Below are positions 61,081 to 64,000 of a DNA stretch of 64,000 nt, in pieces; positions within the stretch are counted from its first letter, which is position 1, and each line of letters opens with the position of its first letter. The notes under the pieces are model-generated. The model was not told the DNA's origin. It made no database searches and was given only the letters and a program-made list of their open reading frames with translations. Position numbers and translations under genes: made by a program. Location: NCBI GenBank assembly GCA_045661325.1, contig JAZRFK010000041.1:15719-79718 (forward strand). The letters are read 5' to 3'. The DNA comes from Eubacteriales bacterium (lineage in GTDB: Bacteria; Bacillota; Clostridia; Oscillospirales; CAG-272).

Positions 61081-62010
61081 TTATTCAGAGAATAAGGGGG
61101 AAGAAAGATAACGTTCCCCGGTATCTGTCAGAAGTGCAACGATAGTTTTTCCCTCAAATTCGGGGGAGGCGGCGAGTGTAATCGCGGCAGAAAGTGCGGC
61201 GCCTGCGGAAATACCAACCAGAATGCCCTCTGTCGTGGCTAAAAGCCGCGCCGCAGAAAAGGCCTCTTCCTCCGTGGCAACAAGCACCTCATCAACCACC
61301 GAGGCGTCATAATTTTCAGGAACGAAATTGGCACCGATGCCTTGGATGGTATGGCTTGCCGCATATCCCTTGGAGAGCAGGGGAGAGTCAGCCGGTTCAA
61401 CGCCGATGACGCGGATGCTTTCGTTCTTTTCCTTGAAATAACGCCCGGCGCCGCAAAGGGTGCCACCTGTTCCGATTCCTGCAACGAAGCAATCAATTTT
61501 GCCGTCTGTATCCTTAAAGATTTCAGGCGCGGTTGTCAGGTAGTGTGCCTTGGGATTGGAAGGATTGGAGAACTGGCCGATTATCAGACTGTCAGGGATT
61601 TCTTTTTGCAGTGCTTCTGCCTTTGCAATAGCGCCCGTCATACCCTCCTTTGCGGGTGTCAACACCAGTGTTGCCCCGTAGGCCTTCATCAAGCGTTTGC
61701 GCTCCTCGCTCATGGAGGCAGGCATCACGATGATAACGCGTAAGCCCCAGGATGCACCAATGGCGGCAAGAGCAATACCCGTATTGCCGCTTGTGGGCTC
61801 AATAACAGTCGCTCCCTCGGGTAAATGCCCGGCCTCTTTGGCGTCAAGCAGCATTTGAAGAGCCGCTCTGTCCTTGGCGCTGGACGTCGGGTTATAGGAT
61901 TCCAGCTTCACGAAAAGGCGCGCCTTTAAATTTAATTTTTGCTTTAAACGGTGCAGCTCTAAAAGTGGTGTGTTTCCCACCAACTCCTCAACGGTATGGT
62001 AAAGAGCCAT
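61081..62010 (-). CDS. cysK: Cysteine synthase A (O-acetylserine sulfhydrylase)
   Basis: The sequence MALYHTVEELVGNTPLLEL...NPTSSAKDR carries the PLP lysine motif, and GTGGT is also present. The upstream promoter is TTGACA-17-TATAAT (complement of about 62062-62090). Confidence 0.93.
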   Translation of the reverse strand: MALYHTVEELVGNTPLLELHRLKQKLNLKARLFVKLESYNPTSSAKDRAALQMLLDAKEAGHLPEGATVIEPTSGNTGIALAAIGASWGLRVIIVMPASMSEERKRLMKAYGATLVLTPAKEGMTGAIAKAEALQKEIPDSLIIGQFSNPSNPKAHYLTTAPEIFKDTDGKIDCFVAGIGTGGTLCGAGRYFKEKNESIRVIGVEPADSPLLSKGYAASHTIQGIGANFVPENYDASVVDEVLVATEEEAFSAARLLATTEGILVGISAGAALSAAITLAASPEFEGKTIVALLTDTGERYLSSPLFSE

Positions 62011-62207
62011 TTTTTGTCCTCGCTTTTGTGCTTCATTACAGTACAATGTGATAATTATACTATATTATATAGTTTTTTACCCAAAATGTCAACGATTACA
62101 AGGAAAAAAAAGAAAATGTGCGAGAAAATCCAAAAAAGTCTTTGCAGAAAGCCGAAAATGTGCTATACTGTTAAGGAATAAGCATTTTGGGAAGGAAGAA
62201 CACGGCA

Positions 62208-62717
62208 ATGGAAGTCTCGAAGCAGATTTTACCTAAAAAATGGAACGAGAATATCTTTCATCTTTTGGATGAGGATTGGGCGCTTTTGACTGCTAAAAAA
62301 GAGGACGGCGCATTCAATCAGATGACGGTCAGCTGGGGTGGCTTCGGTATCCTTTGGGGCAAGGCGGTCGCCTTTGTGTTTGTTCGTCCCGAGCGGTACA
62401 CCCACGGCTTTATGACGGATAATGCCAAAATTTCGCTGTCCTTCTTTGATAAGACTTACAAGGCCGCGCTTGCCTATTGCGGCAAAAATAGCGGAAAAGA
62501 CGGCGATAAGGCCAAGGCATCAGGCTTAACCCCGTTGGTACTGCCCACAGGGCACGTAACCTATGAGCAGGCGCGTACCGCGGTTGCCCTTCGCAAGCTT
62601 TTTGAGGCAGATATGAAGGAAGCACAGTTTGTAGATAAAGCTCTTTTGAAATTTTACGAAAAGGATGGCTTGCATACGGTGTACGTGTGCGAGATAGAGG
62701 AAATATACGGCGAGTAA
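62208..62717 (+). CDS. Flavin reductase-like (FMN-binding split-barrel) protein
   Basis: The segment NQMTVSWGGFGILWGKAVAFVFVRPERYTH is typical of flavin reductase domain proteins. ATG 62208 follows GGAAGGAAG. Confidence 0.7.
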   Translation: MEVSKQILPKKWNENIFHLLDEDWALLTAKKEDGAFNQMTVSWGGFGILWGKAVAFVFVRPERYTHGFMTDNAKISLSFFDKTYKAALAYCGKNSGKDGDKAKASGLTPLVLPTGHVTYEQARTAVALRKLFEADMKEAQFVDKALLKFYEKDGLHTVYVCEIEEIYGE

Positions 62718-62739
62718 AACGGCCGAGGAAGGAAAAACA

Positions 62740-63219
62740 ATGGCAGAAAAGAAAGCCTTTGATAAAAATATTGCCCAAAATCGCAAGGCCTATCACGATT
62801 ATTTCGTGGAGGAAACCTACGAGGCAGGCATTGCCCTTTACGGTACAGAGGTCAAATCTCTGCGCTTGGGTAGGGTTAATTTAAAGGACTCCTATTGCAG
62901 CTTTAAAGAGGGCGAGCTCTTCGTTTTGGGGCTTCATATCAGTCCTTATGATCAGGGAAATCAGTTCAACCACTCTCCGATGCGCGAAAAAAAGCTTTTG
63001 CTTCATAAGCAGGAGCTTCGCAGGCTCGTTGGCCTTTTGTCACGAGAAGGGTATACTCTGGTGCCCCTTTCTCTTTATTTCTCGGGAAATAAGATAAAAA
63101 TGTCAGTAGGACTTTGTAAGGGTAAAAAGCTTTACGATAAGCGAGAAACGATTGCGCGGGCAGAGGCCGAGCGCTCTATGTCGCGCATCGTAAAAGAAAA
63201 CGCTTTAAGAGGCGAGTAA
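62740..63219 (+). CDS. smpB: SsrA-binding protein SmpB
   Basis: IAQNRKAYHDYFVEETYEAGIALYGTEVKSLR is present. The protein is 159 aa. No tmRNA gene is visible downstream within this window. Confidence 0.95.
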   Translation: MAEKKAFDKNIAQNRKAYHDYFVEETYEAGIALYGTEVKSLRLGRVNLKDSYCSFKEGELFVLGLHISPYDQGNQFNHSPMREKKLLLHKQELRRLVGLLSREGYTLVPLSLYFSGNKIKMSVGLCKGKKLYDKRETIARAEAERSMSRIVKENALRGE

Positions 63220-63233
63220 GATAAGAGGAAGCG

Positions 63234-64000
63234 ATGAAACGCATACTGACGTATTTAAAAAGCTATAAAAAAGAGTGCATTTTAGCGCCCTTTTTCAAAA
63301 TGCTTGAGGTCTGCTTTGAGCTATTGGTTCCGCTGGTTATGGCGGATATCATTGACAAGGGGATAACAAGCGGCGATAAGAGCTACATTATACAAAGAGT
63401 CATATTGCTTGTGATTCTCGGTGTTTTGGGACTTTCTGCAACCGTGGTTGCCCAGTTCTTTTCTGCGCGCGCCGCCACGGGCTTTTCCCAAAAAGTAAAA
63501 TCCGTTCTTTTTTCGCATATTGGCCGTCTTTCTTACGCCGATATGGACAAAATCGGAACACCGCGCCTTTTGCAGTCTATGAGCGGAGATATTAACCAGG
63601 TGCAGTCGGGCGTCAATCTGACGCTTCGCCTGTTTTTGCGCTCCCCGCTCGTTGTGTTCGGCGCGATGATTATGGCCTTTTTCATTGACAAGAAGGCGGC
63701 TGTACCCTTTGTAGTGGTAATTCCGGCTCTTTCCCTTGTGGTCTTTGGCATTATGCTTGCCACCATTCCGCTGTATAAGCGGGTGCGCTTTGCGCTTGAT
63801 AGAGTGCTTGGCCGTGCAAGAGAAAATCTTCACGGGGTGCGCGTTGTTCGTGCCTTTTGTCACGAGGAGGAGGAAATTGCGGATTTCAAGGAAGAAAACC
63901 GTGCCTTGACGCGCGCGCAACAGTTCGTTGGTGGCATTTCTGCCTTGATGAACCCTTTGACCTATGCTATTGTAAACCTTGGAATCGTTTTCTTGATTTG
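63234..64000 (+). CDS. ABC transporter permease/ATPase fusion (MsbA/MdlB-type exporter), N-terminal part; continues past the window end
   Basis: ATG 63234 follows AGAGGAAG. MKRILTYLKSYKKECILAPFFKMLEVCFELLVPLVMADIID is a typical type-I exporter TMD start. The frame is open to the window end and is not in the ORF track. Confidence 0.8.
   Translation, partial: MKRILTYLKSYKKECILAPFFKMLEVCFELLVPLVMADIIDKGITSGDKSYIIQRVILLVILGVLGLSATVVAQFFSARAATGFSQKVKSVLFSHIGRLSYADMDKIGTPRLLQSMSGDINQVQSGVNLTLRLFLRSPLVVFGAMIMAFFIDKKAAVPFVVVIPALSLVVFGIMLATIPLYKRVRFALDRVLGRARENLHGVRVVRAFCHEEEEIADFKEENRALTRAQQFVGGISALMNPLTYAIVNLGIVFLI

Overview
This is a 64-kb chromosomal segment, about 50-55% GC, from a spore-forming Firmicute. 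Gene order looks like Clostridia (Oscillospiraceae/Ruminococcaceae-like), but the taxon is an inference. Roughly 90% is conserved housekeeping. Plus-strand or mixed blocks are: a GH3 beta-glucosidase; htpG; a TSCPD protein; phosphoglucomutase; lepA-hemW; an M20 peptidase; a TetR regulator with an ABC-2 exporter; rpsT; and a phosphofructokinase. A minus-strand dcw block runs mraZ-rsmH-(FtsL-position ORF)-PBP2B/FtsI-murE-murF-mraY-ftsW-murG ... ftsZ, without murD, ftsQ or ftsA. A Bacillus-like block follows: nusB-(Kae1-like)-xseA-xseB-ispA-DUF212-tlyA-nadK-argR-recN. After it come murB-whiA-dnaE-cvpA, a ClpC-like AAA+ protein, a catalytically degenerate P-type-ATPase homolog, mrp, cysK-cysE-alaX, a flavin reductase, smpB and the start of an ABC exporter. 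There are two tRNAs: Leu-CAA (10854-10940, minus) and Gly-CCC (20732-20805, minus). I saw no rRNA, CRISPR array, integrase or transposase. The non-core part is 3.1-9.6 kb, beside tRNA-Leu, and holds the two best candidates for something undescribed. (1) A 32-38% GC four-gene operon (3102-4579, minus) encodes an RNAP alpha-CTD-like protein, a DUSP-type CX5R phosphatase-like protein, a 2-TM peptide and a Zn/Tudor (PcrA C-terminal-like) protein. (2) A ~4.2-kb low-GC cassette (5276-9427) encodes an XRE regulator facing a polytopic membrane protein, a 658-aa lipoprotein and a membrane zinc-ribbon protein. The lipoprotein has an amphipathic beta-hairpin-like segment and a Gly/Asn-repeat C-terminus. 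This cassette and the neighbouring yeiH gene are each bracketed by the same two boundary repeats: R1 (59 bp) and R2 (52 bp, including the last 15 nt of tRNA-Leu). Two unassigned, strongly structured intergenic loci look like ncRNA genes: a ~209-nt 6S-like rod at 19433-19641, and a ~180-nt element at 20515-20696 convergent with tRNA-Gly. All functional calls rest on reading motifs in the supplied translations and on manual base-pairing. No database search was run.
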